Positions 21,735 to 30,820 of a stretch of 64,000 nucleotides of DNA are shown here, in pieces. The stretch comes from Bryobacterales bacterium. GTDB lineage: Bacteria; Acidobacteriota; Terriglobia; Bryobacterales; UBA6623. The stretch's first letter is position 1. Each line of letters begins with the position of its first letter. Made by a program: the position numbers and the translations under genes. The notes beneath the pieces were generated by a model that did not search any database, had not been told where the DNA came from, and saw only the letters and a program-made list of their open reading frames with translations. The stretch lies in contig OZ242259.1 of the NCBI GenBank assembly GCA_965207035.1, forward strand, positions 3,769,454 through 3,833,453, written 5' to 3'.

Positions 21735-22898
21735 CTAGCGGCACGCCGTTATCAGTTCGTCCACCTTGTCCGTCTGCTCCCACGTGAAAGTGTCCTCGCG
21801 GCGGCCAAAGTGGCCGTAAGCCGCGGTGGACTTGTAGATCGGGCGGCGCAGATCGAGCGCGTCGATCAAGCCGGCTGGTGTCAGTGGGAAGATCTCCCGG
21901 ACCATCGCCACAAGCTTCGCTTCGTCCGCCTTCCCGGTACCGTAAGTGTCTACCCGCACCGATACCGGGTCCGCCACGCCGATGGCGTAGGCCAGCTGCA
22001 CCTCGCAGCGGGAAGCCAGTTCGGCGGCCACAATGTTCTTGGCGATGTATCGAGCCATGTAACATGCGGAGCGGTCGACCTTCGTCGGATCCTTCCCCGA
22101 AAAGGCGCCGCCGCCGTGGCGGCCCATGCCGCCATAGGTATCCACGATGATCTTGCGGCCGGTCAGGCCTGTGTCGCCATGGGGGCCGCCTATCTCGAAC
22201 TGGCCGGTCGGATTGATGTGGTACTGCGTGCGTTCATCCGTCATCTCGCGAGGCACGACGGCGTCAATGACAACTTCCTTGACGAGTTGCCGGAGTTCCT
22301 CCTGGCTGGACAGGGTTGGCCCGCCGACCGGGTCATGCTGGGTTGACACCACGACCGCATCGACTCTGGCCGGATCGTCGCCGTCGTACTCCACGGTCAC
22401 CTGAGATTTGCCGTCCGGTCGCAGGAAACCCAGGCCCCCCGCGTCGCGCACATCAGACAACTGCCGGACGAGTTGATGCGCCAGCATGATCGGCAGCGGC
22501 ATCAGGTCTTCCGTCTCGCGGCAAGCATAGCCGAACATCAAGCCCTGATCGCCGGCTCCTCCCGTGTCAACCCCCATCGCGATATCTGCGGACTGCTCAT
22601 GCACGTGCGTCTTGATGCGGCAGGTCGCGGCATCGAATCCGTGCGTCGGGTCGTTGTAGCCGATTTCCCGGATCGTGTCGCGCGCAATTGCCTCGAGATC
22701 CAGATCCGCCTCGGTTCGGATCTCCCCGGACAGCACGCAGAGATTGGTCGTCACCAGGGTCTCGCAGGCGACCCGACCCTGCGGGTCCTGAGCCAAGACC
22801 CCATCAAGCACGGCATCGGAAACCTTGTCGCAAAGTTTGTCCGGATGCCCCGCGGTGACCGATTCTGACGTAAATAGTTGGGTAAGGCGGCTATGCAA
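21735..22898 (-). CDS. metK: S-adenosylmethionine synthetase
   Basis: [25 protein letters not shown]..., [26 protein letters not shown]. There is no in-frame ATG near the conserved N-terminus. TTG at 22898 is preceded by GGAGGA with a 5-nt spacer. Confidence 0.93.
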   Translation of the reverse strand: MHSRLTQLFTSESVTAGHPDKLCDKVSDAVLDGVLAQDPQGRVACETLVTTNLCVLSGEIRTEADLDLEAIARDTIREIGYNDPTHGFDAATCRIKTHVHEQSADIAMGVDTGGAGDQGLMFGYACRETEDLMPLPIMLAHQLVRQLSDVRDAGGLGFLRPDGKSQVTVEYDGDDPARVDAVVVSTQHDPVGGPTLSSQEELRQLVKEVVIDAVVPREMTDERTQYHINPTGQFEIGGPHGDTGLTGRKIIVDTYGGMGRHGGGAFSGKDPTKVDRSACYMARYIAKNIVAAELASRCEVQLAYAIGVADPVSVRVDTYGTGKADEAKLVAMVREIFPLTPAGLIDALDLRRPIYKSTAAYGHFGRREDTFTWEQTDKVDELITACR

Positions 22899-23045
22899 AA
22901 CGATCCTCCGGTTGGGAGCCGCCGAATCTTTCGCTCGGCATCGAGGCGGGCGGGCGACTAGGCGCAGACTCGGGCAAGCGTCTCGGGCTCGCCTCGGAAT
23001 CCGTCTGAATCTCTCATTCTTGAGGTTTGCAGCCGGTCTTGTCAA
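22899..23045 (-). promoter_or_regulatory. Candidate promoter (TTGACA 23045-23040, 18 nt, AAGAAT 23021-23016) and a ~110-nt GC-rich leader of metK-ahcY
   Basis: Minus strand reads cgTTGACAagaccggctgcaaacctcAAGAATgagag, followed by a leader with several possible helices (CGAGGCG..CGCCUCG; GCCGA..UCGGC; CUCC..GGAG overlapping the Shine-Dalgarno sequence). Motif level only. Confidence 0.3.
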
Positions 23046-23183
23046 CGTTCTTTGGGATGCCACGGAGCAACGGCGCCAAGTCGAGCGGGATCCGGCTGAC
23101 CAACCGGACCCGGCGCAGGCACGGCAATTCCGGTCCCGGGTCTCAGGTTCCGGCCATCCGGGCATGGGATGGCCCGGCCGTGG

Positions 23184-23666
23184 TCATGGAAGCTGCGCCG
23201 ACGGACCGACCGGCGAGCGGCGCAGGGCGAAGAAGGATCGCAACAATGCCACGCACTCGGCCGCGAGCACGCCCTCGGTCACCTCCAGGCGGTGGTTCAG
23301 CAGCTCCGAGTCCGCAACCCTGAACTTGCTCCTCACGGCTCCGAATCGCAGGTCGCGCGAACCGAAGACCAGACGCTTGAGACGCGCGGTGACAAGCGCT
23401 CCGGCACACATGGCGCACGGCTCCAGCGTGGAGTACGCGGTCGCCTCCCGCAAGCGGAAGTCACCCAGTTCGAGCGCGGCCTGACGCAACGCGACGATCT
23501 CGGCATGCGCCGTGGGATCGTTGTCGCGGATCTGGCGGTTGGCGCCGCGGCCAACGACTCGCCCGGAGTGGACGATCACTGCGCCGACGGGGACCTCGCC
23601 GGCGCCTTCGGCGCCCTCGGCCAGCTCGAGCGCCTCGCGCATGAACCGCTCGTCGTCGCGCGGCAC
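23184..23666 (-). CDS. tadA: tRNA adenosine(34) deaminase
   Basis: 160 aa with VPVGAVIV, HAEIVALR and EPCAMCAGAL (CDA zinc motifs). Confidence 0.92.
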   Translation of the reverse strand: MPRDDERFMREALELAEGAEGAGEVPVGAVIVHSGRVVGRGANRQIRDNDPTAHAEIVALRQAALELGDFRLREATAYSTLEPCAMCAGALVTARLKRLVFGSRDLRFGAVRSKFRVADSELLNHRLEVTEGVLAAECVALLRSFFALRRSPVGPSAQLP

Positions 23667-23667
23667 G

Positions 23668-24669
23668 TTAGTGCCCGCCGGGCTCGCGACCCAGCCAGTA
23701 CTCGAGGTCCGGGAACACGACAGCCTTCATCTCCGGCGTGTCAACGTTTTCCGGCAGCAGCAGGTAGGCCCCCGAATCGATGTGGCGCACGGTCTCGCCG
23801 CCGTCGAGGTGCAACGCCATCTGCCGGGTGCTCTCGTAGCCCATCTTGAAGGGATCCTGCACGACGATCGAGTCAATGACCCCGGCCCGCATGTCCGCGA
23901 CCAGGGTGTCGGAAGCGTCAAATCCCACGATCTTGACCTTGCCGCCAAGACCCCGCTGCTTGACCGCCTGGACCGTGCCGTCGACGCTGGACTCGTTGTC
24001 GGCGAAGAAACCCGCCAAGTCGGGGTGCGCGGTCAACAGGTTCTCGGCCTCGGCCAGCGCCTTAGCGCGGTCGGCCATGTTGAACCTGACCCCGCCGACG
24101 ATCTCTATCCCCGGGAACTTTTCCGCGACCGTTTCGACGAAGCCGGCTTCGCGCTTCATCGTCGACGCGCTTCCGGGCATGAATCCGATCACCCCGACCT
24201 TTCCCTTGCCATCCAGGATCTCGCCCATGCGCTCGGCGGCCATCACCCCACCCTGGTAGTTGTCCGTGACGACGAATGTGATGATCTGGTCCGTGTTGAT
24301 CGCCGAGTCGAAGATGGCCACGGGAATGCCGCTGGCGGCCGCGCGCTCCACGACCGTCACCAAGGCGTCCTCGCCCACCGGCGCGAGCACGATCCCGTCG
24401 ACCCGGCGGGTGACGAGATTCTCCACGATCGCGATCTGCCGGGCGGAATCGATCTCCAGCTGCGGCGCGTTCCAGAGGATTTCAAGGCCGAACTCCTCGC
24501 CGGCCTTGATCGCACCGGCGTGCACCGACTGCCAGAAGACGTGGTTCGTCCCCTTGGGTACGACCCCGACAACGGGCAGCCCACTACCACCCGAACAAGC
24601 GGCCAGCCCGCCCAGGCCGGCAGCTGCGAGAAATTCCCTCCGCGCGATCATGGGCACATTATTGCGCAC
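23668..24669 (-). CDS. Sugar-binding periplasmic lipoprotein (type I PBP, RbsB-like ABC substrate-binding protein)
   Basis: Tat/lipobox-like MIARREFLAAAGLGGLAACSGG (alternative start 24651). VGVVPKG.NHVFWQSVHAGA... and VDGIVLAP. No permease or ATPase gene nearby. Confidence 0.8.
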   Translation of the reverse strand: MRNNVPMIARREFLAAAGLGGLAACSGGSGLPVVGVVPKGTNHVFWQSVHAGAIKAGEEFGLEILWNAPQLEIDSARQIAIVENLVTRRVDGIVLAPVGEDALVTVVERAAASGIPVAIFDSAINTDQIITFVVTDNYQGGVMAAERMGEILDGKGKVGVIGFMPGSASTMKREAGFVETVAEKFPGIEIVGGVRFNMADRAKALAEAENLLTAHPDLAGFFADNESSVDGTVQAVKQRGLGGKVKIVGFDASDTLVADMRAGVIDSIVVQDPFKMGYESTRQMALHLDGGETVRHIDSGAYLLLPENVDTPEMKAVVFPDLEYWLGREPGGH

Positions 24670-24747
24670 AAGGCCGGGCCGGTTACGGAGCGCGAAGCGG
24701 CCTAAAGCCTTGCGATGCTGGCAGCCGAAGCCTCTGTTCCGGAGAAC

Positions 24748-25368
24748 TCAGCGCCCGATGTTCGGCTGCCAAAGCGCTTCGGGCTCGCCGCCGCGCTGGC
24801 AGACCCACCGGCTCCATACGAATAGCGCGTCGGAGAGCCGATTGAGGTACTGCAGCGGAAGTTCAAGGCAGCCTTCGGAGGCGGCAAGGGACACGACAGC
24901 CCGTTCCGCCCGCCGGCAGACGGTCCGGCAAACGTGCAGGTCCGCGTTCAGGGCCGAGCCGCCAGGCAGCACGAACGACGTCAGAGGCTGGAGATCGGCG
25001 TTCATCGCGTCGATCTCGGCCTCGAGACGCTCCACCTGCGCACGGACTACGCGGGGTTGCTGCGGACCGAGCTCTCCAGGGTCGGTCGCAATCTCGGACC
25101 CGAGATTGAACAGCTCGTGTTGGACCCTCAGCAACACGTCTCCGAGCGGCGCCATGGCCGCACCGCCGGATTCCGCCGCCCGCAACGATTCCCTGGCTCG
25201 ACCGACAACGGCAATCAGTTCGTCCACGATGCCGTATGCGGCGACCTTGGGATCGTCCTTGCGCACCCGCCGCCCGTTCACGAGCCGGGTGTCGCCCGCA
25301 TCGCCGGTCCGCGTGTAGATTCGGTGGAGTGAGAGGCGCGGCTCGCGAAACACTTCTTCGGCCATCAT
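24748..25368 (-). CDS. PduO-type ATP:cob(I)alamin adenosyltransferase
   Basis: IYTRTGDAGDTRL, VAAYGIVDEL, HELFNLGSE, FVLPGGS, LHVCRTVCRRAER and NRLSDALF. Confidence 0.88.
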   Translation of the reverse strand: MMAEEVFREPRLSLHRIYTRTGDAGDTRLVNGRRVRKDDPKVAAYGIVDELIAVVGRARESLRAAESGGAAMAPLGDVLLRVQHELFNLGSEIATDPGELGPQQPRVVRAQVERLEAEIDAMNADLQPLTSFVLPGGSALNADLHVCRTVCRRAERAVVSLAASEGCLELPLQYLNRLSDALFVWSRWVCQRGGEPEALWQPNIGR

Positions 25369-25404
25369 CCACCATGATACGGTCAGCCACCCTGCCCGCG
25401 GGTT

Positions 25405-26406
25405 CTACTGGAGGGATTGGCGACGCAACTCCACGCCCGCCGTCGCCAGTAGATCGTTGGCCGTCTGGTTCAAGGCGTAGTCCACGTTGAATACCACTCG
25501 CGCGATTCCCGCGTTGATGATGATCTTCGTGCAAATCAGGCACGGCGAGCAGGTCGTGTAGAGGGTGGCCCCCTTCACGCTGATCCCGTGATAGGCGGCC
25601 TGCACGATCGAGTTCTCTTCGGCGTGGCTGCAGAGGCACTCTTCCAGGCTGGTTCCGGAGTCGGCGAGCGCGTTGCACCGCGGGCAGCCCCCCTCGTTGC
25701 AGTTGGGGACGCCGCGCGGCGTCCCGTTGTAGCCCGTCGAGATGATGCGGCGGTCCTTGACGACGACCGCTGCGACCTTCCGCTTCATGCAGTTCGACCG
25801 TAGCGCCACGATCTGGGCGATCCGCATGAAGTACTCGTCCCAGCCCGGGCGCTCCGCGCCCATCATCCAGTGCTTCGCCACGGCGGTCACGGCTGCTTCG
25901 AACGCCTCAAGCGTGCCATCGTTTACGATCGTCTCGTCGGCTTCGGACCAGGTTGCGCGCAATTGCTGGTGCGAGATGTCGTCGCTGCCGAGTTCGCGCT
26001 CCTCCTGTTCGACGAATTGCTCGAATGAAGCCGGCATGCGAGCCCCGCCACGGTTCCGGACCCGCTCGTAACGGATCTGGGACGGCGCATCGAGGTGCAG
26101 CAAATGGAACTCGCCCTCCTCCCGCAATGCCCGGACTTCGTACGGGTTACGGATCGAATCGATGACGTAGTTGTTGTCGAGCTGGAACTTGCGGGCGATG
26201 CGCTGCGCAAGCACCGCCGGGCCCAGCTCTGTACGCAACCGGTTGCCCTCGGCGATGAGGTTTTCTCGGTTGGGCGGAAGCTCGCGGGTCGCGAGCTCCT
26301 CGCGGATCACGTCAGACAGCGAATAGCACTTGAACCCCTTCCGTTTCAAATGCGCCGAGGCGACCGTCTTTCCCGAACCGTTGGTTCCCGTCAATCCGAT
26401 GATCAT
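25405..26406 (-). CDS. Fusion protein: N-terminal P-loop nucleoside/nucleotide kinase-like domain plus C-terminal dCMP/cytidine deaminase domain
   Basis: N-terminal half has MIIGLTGTNGSGKT (Walker A) and a short kinase-like fold of about 175 aa. C-terminal half has WDEYFM.IA..VA.RSNC.KRKVAAVVV.DRRIISTGYNGTPRG, CSHAEENSI and CSPCLICTKIIINAGI (HAE / PCxxC). Confidence 0.8.
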   Translation of the reverse strand: MIIGLTGTNGSGKTVASAHLKRKGFKCYSLSDVIREELATRELPPNRENLIAEGNRLRTELGPAVLAQRIARKFQLDNNYVIDSIRNPYEVRALREEGEFHLLHLDAPSQIRYERVRNRGGARMPASFEQFVEQEERELGSDDISHQQLRATWSEADETIVNDGTLEAFEAAVTAVAKHWMMGAERPGWDEYFMRIAQIVALRSNCMKRKVAAVVVKDRRIISTGYNGTPRGVPNCNEGGCPRCNALADSGTSLEECLCSHAEENSIVQAAYHGISVKGATLYTTCSPCLICTKIIINAGIARVVFNVDYALNQTANDLLATAGVELRRQSLQ

Positions 26407-26912
26407 GGCTGGGCAGTCCTTGAGCGTAGCGTAGATTCCAAATCCCCCCCGCTGGCACGCTGGCGGCCCCGCTCAGAGGGTCGCCGGCCGCCGGAACGCG
26501 GCGCAGTCCAATCCCGGCAGCGAACCCCAAATCGGTCGGGAATCGAGTGAATGTCCGGAGCGGCCTCGCGGCCCTCCGTGATACGCTAGGTATCAATCGG
26601 GAGAATCCGCCCTCGCGCCGGTTTCCATCCGGCGGGCATGTTGGTTTCGGAGGCTGCCGGACAGGGATCAGTAGCTCTTCAGCAGATGAGGCCACGCCCA
26701 ATCGAGTGGGGCTCGCGCAAAGGGCCGCCCGAAATTCCTTGGGATTGTTTCGAGGATGGGAACGCCGCCCGACCCGCCGAAGACCGGCTGAGTCCGGCCA
26801 GTGCGTTGCCGCAGGCCGGGCTCGATGACGGCGAACCGGCCGATGCAGGGTCCCAACCTTCGATGTTGCTATGCCGGCAAGCCCGGCAACCGGATGGCGG
26901 AAAGAGAAAAAA

Positions 26913-28967
26913 ATGTTCAACTATCTTGCACTAGCTCCAATCTTGGGAGTCGTCGGATTGGTGGGCTCCTTCCTGGCCTTCGTCGCCCTCGGAAGGAAGT
27001 CTCCCGGCACTGACCGCATGCAAAGCGTAGCGGGCTTGATCCGCGTCGGGGCGATGGCGTTCCTGTACCGGGAATACCGCATCCTCGCGGTGTTCGTGGT
27101 GCTGGTAGGCTCGCTGATCGCCTGGAAGCTGGGAGTGCCGATGGCTATCAGCTTCGCGGCCGGTGCGGTCTGCTCGATCCTGGCCGGGCTGTTCGGGATG
27201 CAGGCCGCCACCCTGGCGAACTCCAGGACGAGCGAGGCCGCCCGCAGCGGGGGCCTGGGCGCTGCGCTCACGGTTGCCTTTACCGGCGGTTCGGTCATGG
27301 GACTCGCCGTGGCGGGACTCGGGCTGCTGGGCGTCGGAATGCTCGCAATCTACTTCAGCGGTGCCGAGAATGCCGTATACCTCAATGGATTCGCAATGGG
27401 GGCAAGCTCCATCGCGTTGTTCGCTCGCGTGGGCGGAGGGATCTACACCAAGGCGGCGGACGTTGGCGCCGACCTCGTGGGCAAGGTCGAGGCCGGCATC
27501 CCCGAAGACGACCCCCGCAATCCCGGAGTGATCGCGGACAATGTCGGCGACAACGTCGGCGACGTGGCCGGCATGGGAGCGGACATCTTCGAATCGTTCG
27601 TGGGCTCGATGATCGCGACTCTGGCGATCGCCGCGACCTTGCCCGCGGGAGCCTTGGAACAGCTCTCGGGTTCGCTCAGCGGCGAGGCGCTGCGTTCGTC
27701 GCTGATGGCGCTCCCGCTGGTGCTTTCGTCGGTGGGAATGGCCGCTTCCCTGCTCGGTATCGCGTCCGTCCAGGCGCTCAAGTCACTCGGGCCGGCAGCG
27801 GCACTGCGTTACGCTGCCTGGCTCAGCGCCGCGATCTTCCTGGGAGGCGGCTACTTCGTTGTGCAGGCGATGGGCGTGGCGACAGGTGTGTTCGGCGCTG
27901 TCGTCGCGGGATGCCTAGGCGGCGTTGCGATCGGATACATCACCGAGTACTACACATCGATGAAGCCAGTGAGGCAGATCGCGGAGGCGTCGCGGATGGG
28001 CACTGCCACCAATATCATCGAGGGCCTCGCAACCGGTTTCCGAAGCTGTGCGCTGCCCGTCCTCGTCATCTGCGCGGCAATCTTCGTGGCCCATGAACTC
28101 GCGGGCCTCTACGGCATCGGAGTCGCCGCGGTCGGAATGCTCGCGACTGTCGGCATCACGATGAGCGTCGACGCCTACGGACCAATCGCGGACAATGCCG
28201 GCGGCATCTCCGAGATGTGCGGATTGCCTGAAGAGGTGCGCAGAATCACCGACCAACTGGACTCGCTCGGCAACACTACAGCGGCCATGGGCAAGGGTTT
28301 CGCCATCGGATCGGCCGCCCTCGCCGCCCTGGCCCTTTTTTCCGCATACACCCAGGCACTGGACAGCGCCCGCGCGGCGCTCGGCCTGGATCCCGTCTCG
28401 ATCCTCCTCAACTCGGCCGAAGTCGTCATCGGCCTGCTGCTCGGCGGCATCCTGCCGTTTCTCATTGCCGCCCTGACGATGAAGGCCGTCGGGAGAGCCG
28501 CGGGCAAGATCATCGATGAGATCCGTCGCCAGTTCCGCGAGATCGCCGGCTTGCTCGAGGGCCGGGAAGGCGTCCGTCCGGACGCCGCCCGCTGCGTCGA
28601 CATCGCAACCTCCGCAGCGCTCAAGGAGATGGTCCTTCCGGGCATGGTCGCGGTGACGGCCCCAGTGCTGGTGGGTTTCACGCTTGGCCCGGAGGCGCTT
28701 GGCGGGACGCTCGCCGGCGCCACGGTCACCGGCGTGCTGCTAGCCCTCTTCATGGCCAACGCCGGAGGGGCGTGGGACAACGCCAAGAAGTCTATCGAGC
28801 AGGGAGCCGTCGAGGGCGAAGGCAAGGGTTCCGAGGGACACAAGGCGTCGGTCGTGGGAGATACCGTCGGCGATCCGTTCAAGGACACCTCCGGCCCGTC
28901 GATGAACATCCTGATCAAGCTGATGTCGATCGTGGCGCTCGTGATCGCCCCGTTGATCGCGGTGTAA
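26913..28967 (+). CDS. hppA: Membrane-bound H+(or Na+)-translocating pyrophosphatase
   Basis: 684 aa, polytopic. Contains [49 protein letters not shown] and [10 protein letters not shown]......[28 protein letters not shown]. Start taken at the ATG at 26913 (GGAAAGAG Shine-Dalgarno sequence) rather than 26871. Confidence 0.95.
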   Translation: MFNYLALAPILGVVGLVGSFLAFVALGRKSPGTDRMQSVAGLIRVGAMAFLYREYRILAVFVVLVGSLIAWKLGVPMAISFAAGAVCSILAGLFGMQAATLANSRTSEAARSGGLGAALTVAFTGGSVMGLAVAGLGLLGVGMLAIYFSGAENAVYLNGFAMGASSIALFARVGGGIYTKAADVGADLVGKVEAGIPEDDPRNPGVIADNVGDNVGDVAGMGADIFESFVGSMIATLAIAATLPAGALEQLSGSLSGEALRSSLMALPLVLSSVGMAASLLGIASVQALKSLGPAAALRYAAWLSAAIFLGGGYFVVQAMGVATGVFGAVVAGCLGGVAIGYITEYYTSMKPVRQIAEASRMGTATNIIEGLATGFRSCALPVLVICAAIFVAHELAGLYGIGVAAVGMLATVGITMSVDAYGPIADNAGGISEMCGLPEEVRRITDQLDSLGNTTAAMGKGFAIGSAALAALALFSAYTQALDSARAALGLDPVSILLNSAEVVIGLLLGGILPFLIAALTMKAVGRAAGKIIDEIRRQFREIAGLLEGREGVRPDAARCVDIATSAALKEMVLPGMVAVTAPVLVGFTLGPEALGGTLAGATVTGVLLALFMANAGGAWDNAKKSIEQGAVEGEGKGSEGHKASVVGDTVGDPFKDTSGPSMNILIKLMSIVALVIAPLIAV

Positions 28968-29050
28968 CAGCGGGCGGCGACACGCGGGCCTAGCCGGATC
29001 CCGATCTCCGGGCCGGGCCGGCATGGCCCTCTGATAGATTGGGAACACCG

Positions 29051-29941
29051 ATGGAACCCCCAACAGCAAATCCATCTGGCGCAACGGCGGCCAGTCACGG
29101 CACCCCGATCATGCCGCCCCATCCGCTGACCCTTGACGGTTCGGCAGTGCTGCACCAGGTGTTCCGTGTACGCTGGCCCCAATGGAACGCCCTCGCCGGC
29201 GATCGTCGCGCCGAGATCGCGCGACAGGCCTCGGTGGAGTTCGAAGCGTTCGAGAGCGATCCCGGAGGCAGCTCGGCAGTGTTTTCCCAGCTCGGCCACA
29301 AGGGCGACTTGCTGATGGTACATTTTCGCGCCGACTTCGAGGAGTTGAGCCGCGTCGAACGAGCGATTTCCTCGCTGGCGCTGTCCGACTTCCTGGACCA
29401 GACCACCTCGTACGTCTCGGTCGTGGAATTGGGGCTGTACGACTCGACGGTCAAGCTGTACGAAGAGTTGTTCGCCGAGGGCATCCGGCCGGACGACCCT
29501 CGATGGACGGAACGCGTCAAGGCTCGAACCGAGGAGCAGGCAACTGCGATGGAACCGCGACTGCGTCCGACGGTCCCGCCGCACAAGTACCTGTGCTTCT
29601 ATCCGATGGACAAGAAGCGCGGCGAGAGCGTCAACTGGTACACACTACCCATCACGGAAAGGCGCCGCATGATGCGGGAGCACGGCATGATCGGCCGCCG
29701 CTTCGCTGGCCGGGTGAAGCAGATCATTTCAGGCTCGATCGGATTCGACGATTGGGAATGGGGCGTGGACCTGTTCGCCGACGACCCGCTGGTGTTCAAG
29801 CAGCTGATCTACGAGATGCGTTTCGACGAAGCGAGCGCGTTGTACGCCCTCTTCGGTCCGTTCTATATCGGCATTCGCCTACCGGGGACACAGCTAGCCA
29901 AGTGGCTGGACGCTTCCGGGGCCACCTCGAGCGAGTCCTGA
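29051..29941 (+). CDS. hemQ: Coproheme decarboxylase (HemQ/ChdC, chlorite dismutase family)
   Basis: Contains LGHKGDLLMVHFR, YLCFYPMDKKR, NWY, MREHG, GSIGFDDWEWGVDLFADDP and YEMRFDEASA. Start ambiguous (TTG 29039 or ATG 29051). Confidence 0.85.
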   Translation: MEPPTANPSGATAASHGTPIMPPHPLTLDGSAVLHQVFRVRWPQWNALAGDRRAEIARQASVEFEAFESDPGGSSAVFSQLGHKGDLLMVHFRADFEELSRVERAISSLALSDFLDQTTSYVSVVELGLYDSTVKLYEELFAEGIRPDDPRWTERVKARTEEQATAMEPRLRPTVPPHKYLCFYPMDKKRGESVNWYTLPITERRRMMREHGMIGRRFAGRVKQIISGSIGFDDWEWGVDLFADDPLVFKQLIYEMRFDEASALYALFGPFYIGIRLPGTQLAKWLDASGATSSES

Positions 29942-30033
29942 CGGATTCGCTCCCCGGCTCGCATTGACCAAGGCGTCGCCTCCCGCTTCCCGGCTAAGAT
30001 ATAGAACGGTTCGATCGGCGTTCCGGACGCCCG

Positions 30034-30816
30034 GTGAATGACGTGCGGAGTCACCTCGCAGTCACATTGCTCGTCGCCTGCTTGGCAGCCCCGGCTGCCG
30101 CGGTCGAAGTCGACCTCGTCTACACGGGTCCCGCGGACAGCCCGGCACTGCAGGGACTGCGATTGGGGATCGACGAATCCAACCGCCAAGGTGAGTTCCT
30201 TGACGTCAAGCTGAATCTGTCGCAGTCATCGGGCGGCGCCCTTCCCGCTTCCGCAATCGCGGTGTTCGCCGACAGCCCGGGTTCTATCCGCTCGATTGCC
30301 GGCAAGGCCGGCGAGCGCGCCGTGTTCAACCTCAGCGACGGAGCGGACGCACTGCGCGCCGCGTGCTTGCCGAACGCTCTGCACGTCATTCCAAGCGCGA
30401 AGATGAGAGCCGACGCCGTCGCTCAGTGGGTCCAGCGCAACCCGGCCGGGAAACCTTCCGCGGCCGCCTGGCACGGCAACGCGGTCAAGTTCGCCGCGCG
30501 CGACCTCAACAAGCGCTTCGCGGCACAGTTTGGCACGAGAATGGATGACCTCGCCTGGGCCGGCTGGTTCGCGGCTCGCGCCGTGGGAGATACGTTGATG
30601 CGCGAACCCTCGGCGGATGCCAGGAGATTGCTGGAGTTGCTCAAACAGGCGGACGGTTTCGACGGCCAGAAGGGCGACGCACACAGCTTTCGCGACAGCG
30701 GCCAGCTGAGCCAGCCGCTCGTCCTCGTGGGCCCAGACGGCGAATTGCTCGGTGAAGCGCCGGCGCGAGGCGTTTCGACCGGACTCGACAGCCTGGGGGC
30801 CTTTCCCTGCAAGTGA
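30034..30816 (+). CDS. Secreted type I periplasmic-binding-protein-like protein (short, Leu/Ile/Val-binding fold-like)
   Basis: GTG start. Signal LAVTLLVACLAAPAAA. GLRLGIDESNRQGEFL.. resembles the PBP1 N-terminal lobe. I recall the same architecture next to YVTN propellers in PQQ-dehydrogenase clusters. Confidence 0.55.
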   Translation: MNDVRSHLAVTLLVACLAAPAAAVEVDLVYTGPADSPALQGLRLGIDESNRQGEFLDVKLNLSQSSGGALPASAIAVFADSPGSIRSIAGKAGERAVFNLSDGADALRAACLPNALHVIPSAKMRADAVAQWVQRNPAGKPSAAAWHGNAVKFAARDLNKRFAAQFGTRMDDLAWAGWFAARAVGDTLMREPSADARRLLELLKQADGFDGQKGDAHSFRDSGQLSQPLVLVGPDGELLGEAPARGVSTGLDSLGAFPCK

Positions 30817-30820
30817 CGCC

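Noticed and set aside
20209-22065. N-terminal extensions of track ORFs (271..1299, 1660..2817, 20209..22065, 21735..23165, 35556..36419, 39194..40471, 45150..45899, 51537..52601, 52616..55111) that would create large overlaps or odd fusions.
   Set aside because: The conserved N-termini, signal peptides, Shine-Dalgarno sequences and ATGA/GTGA couplings all point to internal starts. The extensions are low-complexity read-through of upstream DNA.
22899-23045. Assigning the metK leader to the SAM-I (S-box) or SAH riboswitch class.
   Set aside because: The conserved cores as I remember them are absent or only fragmentary. These are AGGGA..GCCC..GCAACC for the S-box and GAGGAGCGCUGC..CAGGCUCGG..AACGGCGCUCAC for SAH. 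The class is left open pending cmscan.
26407-26912. The long hppA spacer as a housekeeping RNA (RNase P RNA, tmRNA, SRP RNA or 6S RNA).
   Set aside because: I could not find the signature strings on either strand. These were GAGGAAAGUCCGGGC and ACAGAA..GGCUUA for RNase P, a tag-peptide ORF plus a tRNA-like end for tmRNA, and AGGUCCGGAAGGAAGCAGC for SRP. The region is kept only as a low-interest finding.
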